From assembly GCA_003250475.1 (NCBI GenBank), contig QKGI01000048.1, forward strand, positions 196 through 64,195: 64,000 bases of DNA, read 5' to 3'. This stretch comes from Bacteroidota bacterium. Lineage in GTDB: Bacteria; Bacteroidota; Bacteroidia; Bacteroidales; VadinHA17. A program made the position numbers and the translations under genes. This document shows, in pieces, positions 47,119-56,359 of the stretch. The notes beneath the pieces were generated by a model, which worked only from the letters and a program-made list of their open reading frames with translations, searched no databases and was not told the origin of the DNA. Position 1 is the stretch's first letter, and the number at the start of each line of letters is the position of its first letter.

Positions 47119-47948
47119 TGAAACTGACACTGGGATTTTCACCATGCCCTAATGACACCTTCATCTTCGAGGCGATGGTTCACGGCAGGGTGGACAGTGA
47201 GGGACTGGAATTCGACTGGTTTCTTGCTGATGTTGAGGAGCTGAACCAGAGGGCGATAGAGGGTAGGGTTGACATAACCAAGATGAGCTTTCATGCTTAT
47301 GCCAGGGCAGCTGCAGGGTATCTGATCCTTGATGCAGGAAGCGCCCTGGGCCGCAATAACGGGCCACTGGTTGTCAGCCGCGGGAGGATGAGACCTGAGG
47401 AGCTCGACGAAGCGGTCATTGCCATCCCCGGCAGACACACCACTGCCAACCTGCTCTTCAGCATCTTCTGGCCAGCAGCGAAACATAAGGTTGAATACCT
47501 CTTCTCCGATATCCCGGAAGCCGTTCTCTCAGGTGCGGCTGACGCAGGACTGATAATACACGAGACAAGGTTCACCTATAAGGCAATGGGATTGCAGCTG
47601 ATGGCAGATACGGGTGAGAAGTGGGAGGAGCTCACGGGATTACCTGTGCCTCTCGGTGCGATAGTAGTAAACAGGAGCCTGGATGAGGATATAGCAGCAC
47701 GGGTAAACAGGACGATAAGGCGCAGCATTGAATATGCATATGCAAATCCCGGTAAATCAGTTGAATTCATCAGGAAACATGCCCGTGAGACAGATCCCGG
47801 CGTGACACGTGAACATATAAAGCTTTACGTGAACAGTTACAGCCTCTCCCAGGGGCAGGAGGGACGTATGGCAATAGAAAAGTTATTTGCCGTCGCTCAG
47901 GAAAAGGGTGTTATCGGCGAGATGCCGGAAAGGATATTTCTGTTTTAA
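47118..47948 (+). CDS. mqnD: 1,4-dihydroxy-6-naphthoate synthase (MqnD)
   Basis: The N-terminus LGFSPCPNDTFIFEAMVHGRVD is characteristic of MqnA/MqnD. Length and later motifs fit MqnD. Confidence 0.72.
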   Translation: MKLTLGFSPCPNDTFIFEAMVHGRVDSEGLEFDWFLADVEELNQRAIEGRVDITKMSFHAYARAAAGYLILDAGSALGRNNGPLVVSRGRMRPEELDEAVIAIPGRHTTANLLFSIFWPAAKHKVEYLFSDIPEAVLSGAADAGLIIHETRFTYKAMGLQLMADTGEKWEELTGLPVPLGAIVVNRSLDEDIAARVNRTIRRSIEYAYANPGKSVEFIRKHARETDPGVTREHIKLYVNSYSLSQGQEGRMAIEKLFAVAQEKGVIGEMPERIFLF

Positions 47949-47957
47949 CAGCAGGGG

Positions 47958-47969
47958 AATGACGTCATT
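47958..47969. promoter_or_regulatory. 12-nt perfect palindrome AATGACGTCATT upstream of the SOD gene
   Basis: Perfect dyad, 41 nt upstream of the SOD ATG and just upstream of a TAtaTTTA -7-like box (47974-47981). Confidence 0.3.
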
Positions 47970-48009
47970 TTAGTATATTTACATGTTTTCCAAATAATCT
48001 GAACAGGTC

Positions 48010-48603
48010 ATGAAATACGAACTTCCTTCACTAAAGTATGTTGCCGGAGACCTTGCTCCACATCTGAGCGCCGAGACTCTTGAGTATCATCATGGCAAGC
48101 ATCACCTTGCCTACGTGAACAATCTCAACAATCTGTTGCCGGGTTCGCCATTTGAGGATGCCTCGCTCGAGACGATGATCATGAAGGCGGAGGGTGGAAT
48201 ATTCAATAATGCCGCCCAGGTCTGGAACCATACTTTTTATTTCACAACCTTATCACCTACAGGTAAGAGAGCACCTTCAGGAACGATAGCAAGGGCGATA
48301 GATGCCGAATACGGATCGTTCGAAGCTTTCAGGGAGGTATTTTCAGCTGCTGCTGCCACCCTCTTCGGAGCAGGGTGGGCATGGCTTTCGATGAAGCCGG
48401 ACGGAAGGCTGACCATAACCCAGGAACAGAACGCCGGCAACCCGATCCGTTCGGGGCTGGTGCCCCTGATGACATGTGACGTCTGGGAACATGCATACTA
48501 TATCGATTACAGGAACAGACGTCCCGATTATATTAAGGCTTTCTGGGAGATGCTTGACTGGAAGGTGATAGGTGAAAGATATGATGAAGCCCTGAAAAAA
48601 TGA
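48010..48603 (+). CDS. Fe/Mn superoxide dismutase
   Basis: LPYLxxALEPHIS-like LKYVAGDLAPHLSAETLEYHHGKHH, and DVWEHAYY. Confidence 0.92.
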   Translation: MKYELPSLKYVAGDLAPHLSAETLEYHHGKHHLAYVNNLNNLLPGSPFEDASLETMIMKAEGGIFNNAAQVWNHTFYFTTLSPTGKRAPSGTIARAIDAEYGSFEAFREVFSAAAATLFGAGWAWLSMKPDGRLTITQEQNAGNPIRSGLVPLMTCDVWEHAYYIDYRNRRPDYIKAFWEMLDWKVIGERYDEALKK

Positions 48604-49172
48604 ATATCCACCAGCTAGTAGAAAAAACCAGGACCTTCCGGCGGTTTGATGAAAGCCATGCCGTAAGTGAGGATACCCTGGTATCACTTGTTGACCTCGC
48701 CCGTCTCTCAGCCTCGGGCGCTAACCGTCAGCCACTTAAATATATCCTTGTCACTGACCCTGCTGTCAGGGCAGATGTATATCCATGTCTGGCCTGGGCA
48801 GGATACCTGTCCGACTGGCACGGTCCTGACCCCGGTGAGAGGCCTGCCGCTTATATCGTCATCCTGGGTGACCGGGAGATATCCGAATCGTTTGGCGTTG
48901 ACCACGGGATAGCAGCGCAGAGCATCATGCTGGGAGCCACGGAGGCCGGCCTGGGCGGATGCATCATAGCTTCAGTAAAAAAGGAGAAACTACGGGTAGC
49001 ACTGAATATCCCGAAACAGTACGATGTTCTGCTTGTGCTTGCTCTGGGCAAGCCAGTTGAACGGGTTGTTATTGATACCATCAACAATAATGACGTGAAA
49101 TACTGGAGAGATGAAAAGCACGTTCATCATGTTCCCAAGAGGACAATTGCCGAGATCGTTATACGCAGGTAA
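48600..49172 (+). CDS. nitroreductase family protein
   Basis: RRF...S..NRQP and GLGGC motifs. 4-nt overlap with the SOD gene. Confidence 0.8.
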   Translation: MNIHQLVEKTRTFRRFDESHAVSEDTLVSLVDLARLSASGANRQPLKYILVTDPAVRADVYPCLAWAGYLSDWHGPDPGERPAAYIVILGDREISESFGVDHGIAAQSIMLGATEAGLGGCIIASVKKEKLRVALNIPKQYDVLLVLALGKPVERVVIDTINNNDVKYWRDEKHVHHVPKRTIAEIVIRR

Positions 49173-49890
49173 CGCCGGTATTACTCTTCTGTTCCTTTTC
49201 CTCCTTATCGCCTGCAGGCTGCCCGGTGCTTACGCCCAGCAGCATGAGTACCTGCTCTTCCAGGGAGTGGTGTTTGATGCCGACACCAGGCAGCCGATGC
49301 CCGGAGCTCACTACCGCATCAACGGAGTAAGCGGGGGTGCTACTGACAGCAGCGGGATGTTCTCCCTCTACGCAAGCTACCATGATACTATTACTTTCAC
49401 CAGTGTGGGATACAAGCAGTACAGTATGACTGTTGAGGATACCCTCCGGGCAAAGGAATATGTTACAGGAGTCTACCTGAGCAGTGATACCCTGGTGATA
49501 CCGGGTATTGTTGTCATTCCGCGTCTTGGTAATATCAGGGCTGAGATCATGTCGGAACGGCCAGCCGTCAACCAGGAGATGATCAATGCAACCAATAATC
49601 TCAGGCTATCCACATACCAGGGTCTGACAATGAAAGACGACCTTGGTGATCCCGCACTCAACTATGAGCTCCTCAGGCAGAAACAGCGATATGAGGCCTA
49701 TGAAAAAGGCCAGATAGGCTCCGGGCAGATGGTGGCTATCAGCCCGCTGCTTCTTATACCTGTTATTTATACGCTTGCCGCCGGTCCGCCCAAAAAGCCT
49801 GAGCCACCGGTACCATACATATCTGCCAGGGATATGGAGCATATCCGCGCGGCGCATGATTCACTCATCTATCGTAAACCCAGGCGTTGA
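49111..49890 (+). CDS. CarboxypepD_reg-like domain protein (exported)
   Basis: Signal/TM (ITLLFLFLLIAC) followed by GVVFDADTRQPMPGAHYRINGVSGGATDSSGMFSL, a carboxypeptidase-regulatory-like beta-sandwich. Start uncertain: ATG at 49111 overlaps the nitroreductase gene by 62 nt, alternative TTG at 49147. Confidence 0.5.
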   Translation: MKSTFIMFPRGQLPRSLYAGNAGITLLFLFLLIACRLPGAYAQQHEYLLFQGVVFDADTRQPMPGAHYRINGVSGGATDSSGMFSLYASYHDTITFTSVGYKQYSMTVEDTLRAKEYVTGVYLSSDTLVIPGIVVIPRLGNIRAEIMSERPAVNQEMINATNNLRLSTYQGLTMKDDLGDPALNYELLRQKQRYEAYEKGQIGSGQMVAISPLLLIPVIYTLAAGPPKKPEPPVPYISARDMEHIRAAHDSLIYRKPRR

Positions 49891-50120
49891 GGGTCGGAAG
49901 GTCGGAAGGTCGGAAGGTCTTAAGTCTGAAGGTCTCAGGTCGGAAGGTCTGTCGCTGCGCTCGGTCATGCAGTCATGCAGTCATGTCGGAGCGTAGCGGA
50001 GATCCTCGGCCGTGAGGTCGGGACAGTCGTGCGATTGGGACGGTCTTGAGATGAGTTTGCCATCGCTGCAGTCTGGCGCTTTCTCCGCCAGCTGGCGGAT
50101 CAGACCGGTCGGAAGGTCAG
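49888..50120 (+). repeat. mosaic octamer-array intergenic element, copy 2
   Basis: 8 GAAGGTC(G/T)-type units starting in the TGA stop at 49888. Then GTCGCTGCGCTCG, 3 GTCATGCA units, a conserved tail with the perfect 16-nt palindrome TCCGCCAGCTGGCGGA (50084-50099), and a terminal GGTCGGAAGGTC identical to 49938-49949. The stop of the convergent gene (50117-50119) lies in the last unit. Confidence 0.85.
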
Positions 50121-51028
50121 CCTTTGTAGAAGATTGCTTTGATAATATGACTTGCCATCTTCGGGTTCTCCTTCAGTCTGCGTGTTGAGTAGCCAAACCA
50201 CTTCTCACCGAACGGGACGTATACCCTCATCACATGACCTGCATCAACGATGCTCTGGCGCAGCTTGGGCGTTACACCGTAAAGCATCTGGAACTCATAC
50301 ATATCCTTAGGCACATTGTATTTTCTGATCAGCTCGTATGCACCCTCTATCAACGGTCTGTCGTGAGTTGCGATGCCGGCATATATCCTGTTCCTGAACA
50401 TAAACTCCAGGTCTTCCAGATAATGGTCATTGATCTCCTCATACTTTTTATATGCTATCTCGGCCGGCTCAACATAGATACCTTTACACAGCCTGTAATT
50501 GGCAGGTATGTCAGGTGTGTTCATGTCAAGCATATTCTCAAGATCATTGAGTGTCCTCTTCATATAAGCCTGCAGCACCAGCCCGACGTTCTGCGGGAAC
50601 TCGGCATGGAGACGCCGGTAGAGCTCTATCTCCAGATCGGTGCATTTGGAATCCTCCATGTCTATCCTGCAGAAATTGTTGTAGGAGGCAGCTTTGGCCA
50701 CTATTTCCCTCATATGGCTGTAACACCTCTCTTTATCAATCAACAGGCCGAAGCTGGTTGGTTTGAGAGAGTAGTTACCGTTGATACCGTTTTTCTCGGT
50801 TACCTCAATGAGATCAAGGTACTCCTGTTTATTCTCTTCCGCCTCATCAAGTGACTTAATAAATTCACCCAGCACATCCAGGGTGACCTTCATACCCCTG
50901 GAGTTGAGCTCTTTTGACACACGCATGGCATCTTCCATGGTCACGCCTGAGATATATGCACGGGAGAATATCCAGATGAATTTCTTCGGGAAATAGGGAA
51001 GTATTGATGCAATAAACTTGTTGAACAT
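50117..51028 (-). CDS. proline dehydrogenase family protein (monofunctional PutA-type PRODH)
   Basis: TIM-barrel PRODH pattern (VTLDVLGE ... RIDMEDS ... LVLQAY..R ... RLCKGIY ... IATHD ... FQMLYG ... YVPFG ... Y..RRL.ENP). Trimmed to the ATG at 51028. Confidence 0.8.
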   Translation of the reverse strand: MFNKFIASILPYFPKKFIWIFSRAYISGVTMEDAMRVSKELNSRGMKVTLDVLGEFIKSLDEAEENKQEYLDLIEVTEKNGINGNYSLKPTSFGLLIDKERCYSHMREIVAKAASYNNFCRIDMEDSKCTDLEIELYRRLHAEFPQNVGLVLQAYMKRTLNDLENMLDMNTPDIPANYRLCKGIYVEPAEIAYKKYEEINDHYLEDLEFMFRNRIYAGIATHDRPLIEGAYELIRKYNVPKDMYEFQMLYGVTPKLRQSIVDAGHVMRVYVPFGEKWFGYSTRRLKENPKMASHIIKAIFYKG

Positions 51029-51100
51029 GCTTGTACGCTTTATGTTATAGGCGCACAAATATATCAAAAACCTTGATTGATAAAGCAGTCTTGAGTAAAG

Positions 51101-54100
51101 CTATTTGAAAGCTTTCTCAGGCAGTCCGTCACCTTTCAGTGATAGCCGGCTGAAATACTCCGGGACCTCTTTCCCCAGCAGTTTGTTGACATACAGTTCA
51201 GCGAGGTACTGGCCGAGCATGAAGCCCTGTCCTCTCAGGCCCAGGAAAAGACCGTGCTCCGGATCAATATACATCCTGGGTTCTGTATAGTATCCGCTCC
51301 ATAGCGACTGGAAGCCTGCAGACGATAATTCCGGCAGCCAGCAGGTAAACACCTCCGACACTATCTCCATGAACTCCCTGCTGTTGATCTTCAGGTTTCT
51401 CCCTGCCTCTGCAGGGTCAGATGCGGGTGATGCACAGCCTATTATCTGTCCTGTTTCACCCAGCTGCTGACCATAGACAGCTATGAATCCCTTGTAATGA
51501 CGACGGTCGATCAGCATCGGCAGTGGCGTGTTGTTCGGTCCCAGCATGGGCAGCCTCCTTGTTATGAAAGCCTGGTGCCTTACTCCATAGGTGCCGGTAT
51601 AAATACCCAGCCTGCCGGCAAATTCAGCTCCCTGCACTCCCATGGCATTGACGAAAACGGGCGTTTCATATTCCACATACTCGCCTCTGTGGTTGCGGAC
51701 TATAATATTATACTCATTTCCATTACGGCATACATCCGTTATGATACTGTCTTCCTCAACCCTTCCCCCGTGGGATACGCCGAGGTGTCTTATAAGGTCA
51801 ATTACCTTGCCGGGGGTAGCCTGCCAGCAGTCGTTGGTCACGAGGGCGGCCTGATAGGTGTTTTGCAGTCCGGGATTGATGCCCGGGGCTATCTTGGACG
51901 CAAAGGCGGCCGGGGTGATGAGTTCGCCGTCAGACCAGGCAAGTGAGGCCTCCAGTTGATTTTGCATGGCATCATCATGGGCAAAGGTCACGTACTTTAT
52001 CTCGCGGTAGTTGATCTCTGCCCTCTTTTGCAGCTCCCTGAAGATGTCATGGTTGTGCCGGGCTATATCAGAGAGCTCCGGTACGCTGAAGTTGGGCCGT
52101 CCTCCTGCGATATTACGCCATGATGAGCCACGATCATGGTTGATAAGCACGGGGTCCATTCCTGCCTCAGCCATATAACGCATGAGTGCACTGCCTGTTA
52201 TCCCGCCTCCGCCGACAAGGGCTCCTGCTTTCACTTTCCTCCTTGTCCCCGGGGTGATGACGATCCCGGGAGTGTCTGACGGGCAGAGCTCTCCCATGGT
52301 TATCTGGTTTGAGAGCGGAGCCCTTGGGGTTGCCTCGCCGACGATCTCCACACCGGCGGGCCTGAGAAGCAATGAGAGCCTCCTGATGCAACGCTTGCCC
52401 CTGCATGGTCCCATCCCCAGGCGTGTGGTATGCTTGATCTCATCCACAGATATATATTTCCTGTCACCGATTACTGCCATTATCTCGTCGAGCTTAACAT
52501 CTTCACAGTGACATACATACTCCTTTGCTTCAGTTGCACCGGCGGCAGTGAAGTCAACAGGGGCAGGGTAATCCTTTTTCGTGATGAAGCCTCTCACCAT
52601 GACCATGTCCGCGCCTGTCGGAGTCACAGCCCTGACTCTTGCAACGTTGGTCTTGTTGGGTTTCATCATCACCTTTTCAACTATTCCCTCTCCAACTTTG
52701 TGGCCATTGTTGTCAACAAGGAACACCTCCGAACCCTCTTCAACAAAGTATTCAACAGGCAGGAAAAGCTGATTCTTTTTGGTATTATATCCGAAGATCG
52801 CAAGTCCGGGACACTGATAGACACATTTAAGACACCCTGTACACTTATCAAAGTCTATAGCAGGGACGGTATCAGGGGAGACCTTTGTAATAGCACCATG
52901 CGGGCAGGCGAACTGGCATGGATTGCAGGCAAAGCTGTAGAGGCAGTCGATGATGACAAAAGGCCTGTCCTCCATCCTCTCTTTGTCAGGCATCCACGGT
53001 TCTTCAATAATGCGTGCAGGATGCTGCTGGGAATCAATATATTCCTTTGAGAGCGACAGATACTGGCTGTAATTGCTTTTCACGCCCATCTCCTGAATAA
53101 CCTCCATGGCAGCCTGTTTACCCCGGAGGACTGCCGTGGTACCTTCTCCGATCCTCATGGCGTCACCGGCGGCAAACGCCCTTGTGCCGAACACTTCACG
53201 TCCCTTTATCAGGAGCTGATTATCAGGTATAAGGCCAGTGCATATGTTGATGGCGTCAATACCCTCAATAATCTTCTCTGTTCCCGGTACGGGCAGAAAG
53301 TCGCGGCTCTCAGCTATCACAGCTCCGCAGATACCGTCATTATTACTGTTTGGTATGGCCCTGACCAGGGTATGTGACAGGATTACAGGTATCCCGAGCC
53401 TCCTGACCCTGTTGGCCTGTACAGGAAAGCCTCCCTCGAAAGGCATAGCCTCAATGATGGCTTTTACCCTGGCACCAGCCTGCATAAGCTGGTAGGAGGT
53501 CAGATACCCGATATTGCCGGCACCTACTGTCAGTATGTTTTTACCCAGCAGTGTGAACTCCTGGTTCATCATCTTCTGCACTACGGCAGCGGTATATACC
53601 CCGGGAAGGTCATCATTGCCAAAGGCCGGCATGAAAGGGACGGCGCCGGTAGCCACAATCATATACTGTGCGTCAACATAGAAAATCTCCCCTGTGCGCA
53701 TGTTCTTTGCAGCAATCCTCTGACCCTCAATAATATCCCAGATAGTGGAGTTGAGTATGATCCCCTCATGCGATTCGCCTGCCAGCTGTCTGGCGATATC
53801 AAAGCCTCTCATACCGCCAAAGCGCTGTTCCTTCTCGAAGAAGAAGAACTGGTGGGTCTGCATCAGGAACTGTCCCCCTATACGGTCATTGCTGTCAATG
53901 ACTATATTGGGAATACCGTGTGAATTAAGCATCTCCCTGGCTGCCAGTCCTGCAGGGCCTGCGCCGGCAATGGCTACCGTTGTCCTGTAAACCTTTCTGG
54001 CATCCTCCTCCTTTCTTATTGTGGCCCCTGCCTGGTAGCCGGAGGGGATCTCCGAAACCTCGCTTACCCCATCAACGGGAGTGATGCATATACGTCTGAC

Positions 54101-54346
54101 AACACCGTCGACAAGCATCTCACAGGCTCCGCATTTTCCTATTCCGCACTCAAGACTACGGTTGCGGTTGTCGAGACTGTGTGTGTGAACCGGAAAACCT
54201 GCCTGATGCAGTGCCGCTGCAATGGTAAAACCCCTGATGCCTGTAACAGGCTGACCGTTATAAAGAAAGCCGGTCTCCCCGCCGTGTGGTATATCAAGTA
54301 TCGGATGCTGTGATATTCTTGTCATTTGATTATCTTTCGCTTTCAT
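51101..54346 (-). CDS. fused multi-cofactor oxidoreductase: [2Fe-2S] - FAD/NAD(P) pyridine-nucleotide-disulfide oxidoreductase - 2x[4Fe-4S] ferredoxin - BFD-like [2Fe-2S] - DAO-type FAD dehydrogenase
   Basis: CGIGKCGACEM; VAIAGAGPAGLAAA-type and VGAGNIGYL Rossmann motifs; AAGDA; CNPCQFACP and CTGCLKCVYQCP; CHC...GPCRGKRC; GGGGITGSA DAO N-terminus. Start could be the ATG at 54346 or 54325. Confidence 0.75.
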   Translation of the reverse strand: MKAKDNQMTRISQHPILDIPHGGETGFLYNGQPVTGIRGFTIAAALHQAGFPVHTHSLDNRNRSLECGIGKCGACEMLVDGVVRRICITPVDGVSEVSEIPSGYQAGATIRKEEDARKVYRTTVAIAGAGPAGLAAREMLNSHGIPNIVIDSNDRIGGQFLMQTHQFFFFEKEQRFGGMRGFDIARQLAGESHEGIILNSTIWDIIEGQRIAAKNMRTGEIFYVDAQYMIVATGAVPFMPAFGNDDLPGVYTAAVVQKMMNQEFTLLGKNILTVGAGNIGYLTSYQLMQAGARVKAIIEAMPFEGGFPVQANRVRRLGIPVILSHTLVRAIPNSNNDGICGAVIAESRDFLPVPGTEKIIEGIDAINICTGLIPDNQLLIKGREVFGTRAFAAGDAMRIGEGTTAVLRGKQAAMEVIQEMGVKSNYSQYLSLSKEYIDSQQHPARIIEEPWMPDKERMEDRPFVIIDCLYSFACNPCQFACPHGAITKVSPDTVPAIDFDKCTGCLKCVYQCPGLAIFGYNTKKNQLFLPVEYFVEEGSEVFLVDNNGHKVGEGIVEKVMMKPNKTNVARVRAVTPTGADMVMVRGFITKKDYPAPVDFTAAGATEAKEYVCHCEDVKLDEIMAVIGDRKYISVDEIKHTTRLGMGPCRGKRCIRRLSLLLRPAGVEIVGEATPRAPLSNQITMGELCPSDTPGIVITPGTRRKVKAGALVGGGGITGSALMRYMAEAGMDPVLINHDRGSSWRNIAGGRPNFSVPELSDIARHNHDIFRELQKRAEINYREIKYVTFAHDDAMQNQLEASLAWSDGELITPAAFASKIAPGINPGLQNTYQAALVTNDCWQATPGKVIDLIRHLGVSHGGRVEEDSIITDVCRNGNEYNIIVRNHRGEYVEYETPVFVNAMGVQGAEFAGRLGIYTGTYGVRHQAFITRRLPMLGPNNTPLPMLIDRRHYKGFIAVYGQQLGETGQIIGCASPASDPAEAGRNLKINSREFMEIVSEVFTCWLPELSSAGFQSLWSGYYTEPRMYIDPEHGLFLGLRGQGFMLGQYLAELYVNKLLGKEVPEYFSRLSLKGDGLPEKAFK

Positions 54347-54455
54347 GGTGAAGTTCCAAAATAAACTCAAGACTTTTCTTTAATCAATGACGGATATCAG
54401 AGACCTCTCATGATTTAAGACATTTTTTTCCTTATTTTGAAAAAAATCCCTCCCA

Positions 54456-54485
54456 TGCAACCATTTTACACATGCAACTGTCTTG
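54456..54485 (+). promoter_or_regulatory. tandem CATGCAAC boxes, candidate ECF-type promoter
   Basis: CATGCAAC at 54455-54462 and 54471-54478, 17 nt register. The first TGCAAC is followed after 16 nt by CTGTC. Same -35-like word as upstream of the sigma gene at 16775. Confidence 0.3.
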
Positions 54486-54501
54486 ATACTGTGCTCAGCT
54501 G

Positions 54502-55056
54502 ATGATGAGTGACCAACATATCATTGATGGCTGTATCAGGCACAACAGAAAGGCGCAGCAGATGCTCTGGGAAAAGCATTCCGGGTACCTCCTGGGTGTC
54601 TGTCTGAGATATGCCACTGACAGGCCTGAAGCCGAGGATATGTTGCAGGAAGCTTTCATGAGGATTTTTTTTAACCTAAGAGAGTTTTCCGGAACAGGTT
54701 CTTTCAGGGGATGGTTGAGAAAGGTGACAGTGAACACCGCCATTACATACTATCATAAAAACCTGCGTCATAAGCACCAGGTTGATATAGAAGAGTATGT
54801 AAGCGCAGAGACAGGTACTGCAGGATTCGAAGATGACTTTTATACTGCCGAGGATCTTTACAGGGTGCTTGGCGACCTGTCCCCCGGTTACCGGATGGTC
54901 TTTAACCTTTATACAATTGAAGGCTATAAGCATCATGAAATAGCAGACATGCTGGGAATAGATGTAAATACGTCAAAATCGCAATACAGCAGGGCCAGGG
55001 CTGTTTTGAGGAAAAAGCTTGAGGAACTGGCAAAGATGAAAGGTAAGTATAGTTAA
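54502..55056 (+). CDS. RNA polymerase ECF-type sigma-70 factor
   Basis: Region 2 (AEDMLQEAFMRIF...GWLRKVTVNTAITYYHK) and region 4 (GYKHHEIADMLGIDVNTSKSQYSRARAVLRKKL). Confidence 0.85.
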   Translation: MMSDQHIIDGCIRHNRKAQQMLWEKHSGYLLGVCLRYATDRPEAEDMLQEAFMRIFFNLREFSGTGSFRGWLRKVTVNTAITYYHKNLRHKHQVDIEEYVSAETGTAGFEDDFYTAEDLYRVLGDLSPGYRMVFNLYTIEGYKHHEIADMLGIDVNTSKSQYSRARAVLRKKLEELAKMKGKYS

Positions 55057-55063
55057 GAAAAGA

Positions 55064-56359
55064 ATGACCGCAGAGAAAAAGGATGATAGTCTTGAGAGTC
55101 TCTTCCGCAGCAGGCTGGAGGAGAATGAGGTGGTTGCAGGCAGCGACCTCACCGGTCGTTTTATGCGCCGTCTTGAACGCCGCGAGTTCCTCAGATTTCA
55201 TCCCTCACGATTCAATATCTGGTATCTTGCAGCAGCAGTCCTTACTGTAACTGTTGCCGGGGTCCTCCTGGTCAGCGAACCGAAAGACAGCAGCACGCAG
55301 GGCGGAGACCGGCAGGAGTTGGCGGTGCCGGATACAATAACCTCAGCAAATAGAGATGACGTCAGCAATACCCCGGTCGGTGATACCTTAACGGCACCGG
55401 CGACTGCGGCTTATTCCTCCGTACATAAAACAGAACCTGAGACTGCTGCCGGGGATATTACAGCTCCCAAGGAGACAGTCATAAACACTGACAGGAGCGG
55501 CAGTGAAAGCCCTGTAATCAGTAATATAGAAAAGGATGGAATAACCCTGGCAGTGCCGCTGGAGACAGCATTGATAACATCGTCAGCGACATCGGGATGT
55601 ATACCTCTGCATATCCGCTTCAGCTGTGATGCGGCAGGTAACAGTTCTGTTTTGTGGGACTATGGTGACGGCGGAACAGCTGAGGGAAGCAGTACAGATT
55701 ATATCTATGATCTGCCTGGTACTTACAGCGTCACCCTTACCATAACCGACAACAACGGGAGGAGCAGCAGGGCAACGACTGTCATTGAGGCCTGGGGGAG
55801 ACCCATGGCGGCATTCGATGTTCGTAGCGGCGACCTTACTGAAAACAATGACAGGCTGCACTTTGTAAACCTCTCCACGGGTGCGGTGGATTACCTGTGG
55901 GATTTTGGCGACGGTACATTCTCGACATTACCCGATCCTTCGTACAAATATGAAGAACAGGGTACCTACAACGTTATGCTGTATGCCTATTCCGTAAACG
56001 GATGCACGGACTCGGTCGCCGTAAACGATGTTTTCACCGGCAAGGGGATGTATCTCAGGTTCCCTAACGCCTTCATTCCTAACAAAGGAGGTCCTACAGG
56101 AGGTTATTACAACCGGCGTACCGATGAGGAGAACCAGGTGTTTCATCCTGTAGCCTCGGGCATAGCCACTTATGAGCTTAAGATATACAGCAAAGCGGGC
56201 CTCCTGGTCTTTGAAAGCGACGATATTGACATAGGTTGGGATGGTTATTACAAGGGTGAGCTGTGTGGGCCGGGAGTATATATCTGGAAGGTCAGAGGTA
56301 CATACCGAAACGGGCAGCCAATAATAATGGCCGGGGACGTTACTCTTATAAATTACTGA
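55064..56359 (+). CDS. anti-sigma-like N-terminus + TM + two PKD domains + T9SS type B (gliding motility-associated) C-terminal sorting domain
   Basis: TM at WYLAAAVLTVTVAGVLLV. PKD signatures VLWDYGDGG...GTYSVTLTITD and YLWDFGDGT...GTYNVMLYAY. C-terminal FPNAFIPN...YELKIYSKAGLLVFES...GWDGYYKG...GVYIWKV matches the type B CTD pattern. Confidence 0.7.
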   Translation: MTAEKKDDSLESLFRSRLEENEVVAGSDLTGRFMRRLERREFLRFHPSRFNIWYLAAAVLTVTVAGVLLVSEPKDSSTQGGDRQELAVPDTITSANRDDVSNTPVGDTLTAPATAAYSSVHKTEPETAAGDITAPKETVINTDRSGSESPVISNIEKDGITLAVPLETALITSSATSGCIPLHIRFSCDAAGNSSVLWDYGDGGTAEGSSTDYIYDLPGTYSVTLTITDNNGRSSRATTVIEAWGRPMAAFDVRSGDLTENNDRLHFVNLSTGAVDYLWDFGDGTFSTLPDPSYKYEEQGTYNVMLYAYSVNGCTDSVAVNDVFTGKGMYLRFPNAFIPNKGGPTGGYYNRRTDEENQVFHPVASGIATYELKIYSKAGLLVFESDDIDIGWDGYYKGELCGPGVYIWKVRGTYRNGQPIIMAGDVTLINY

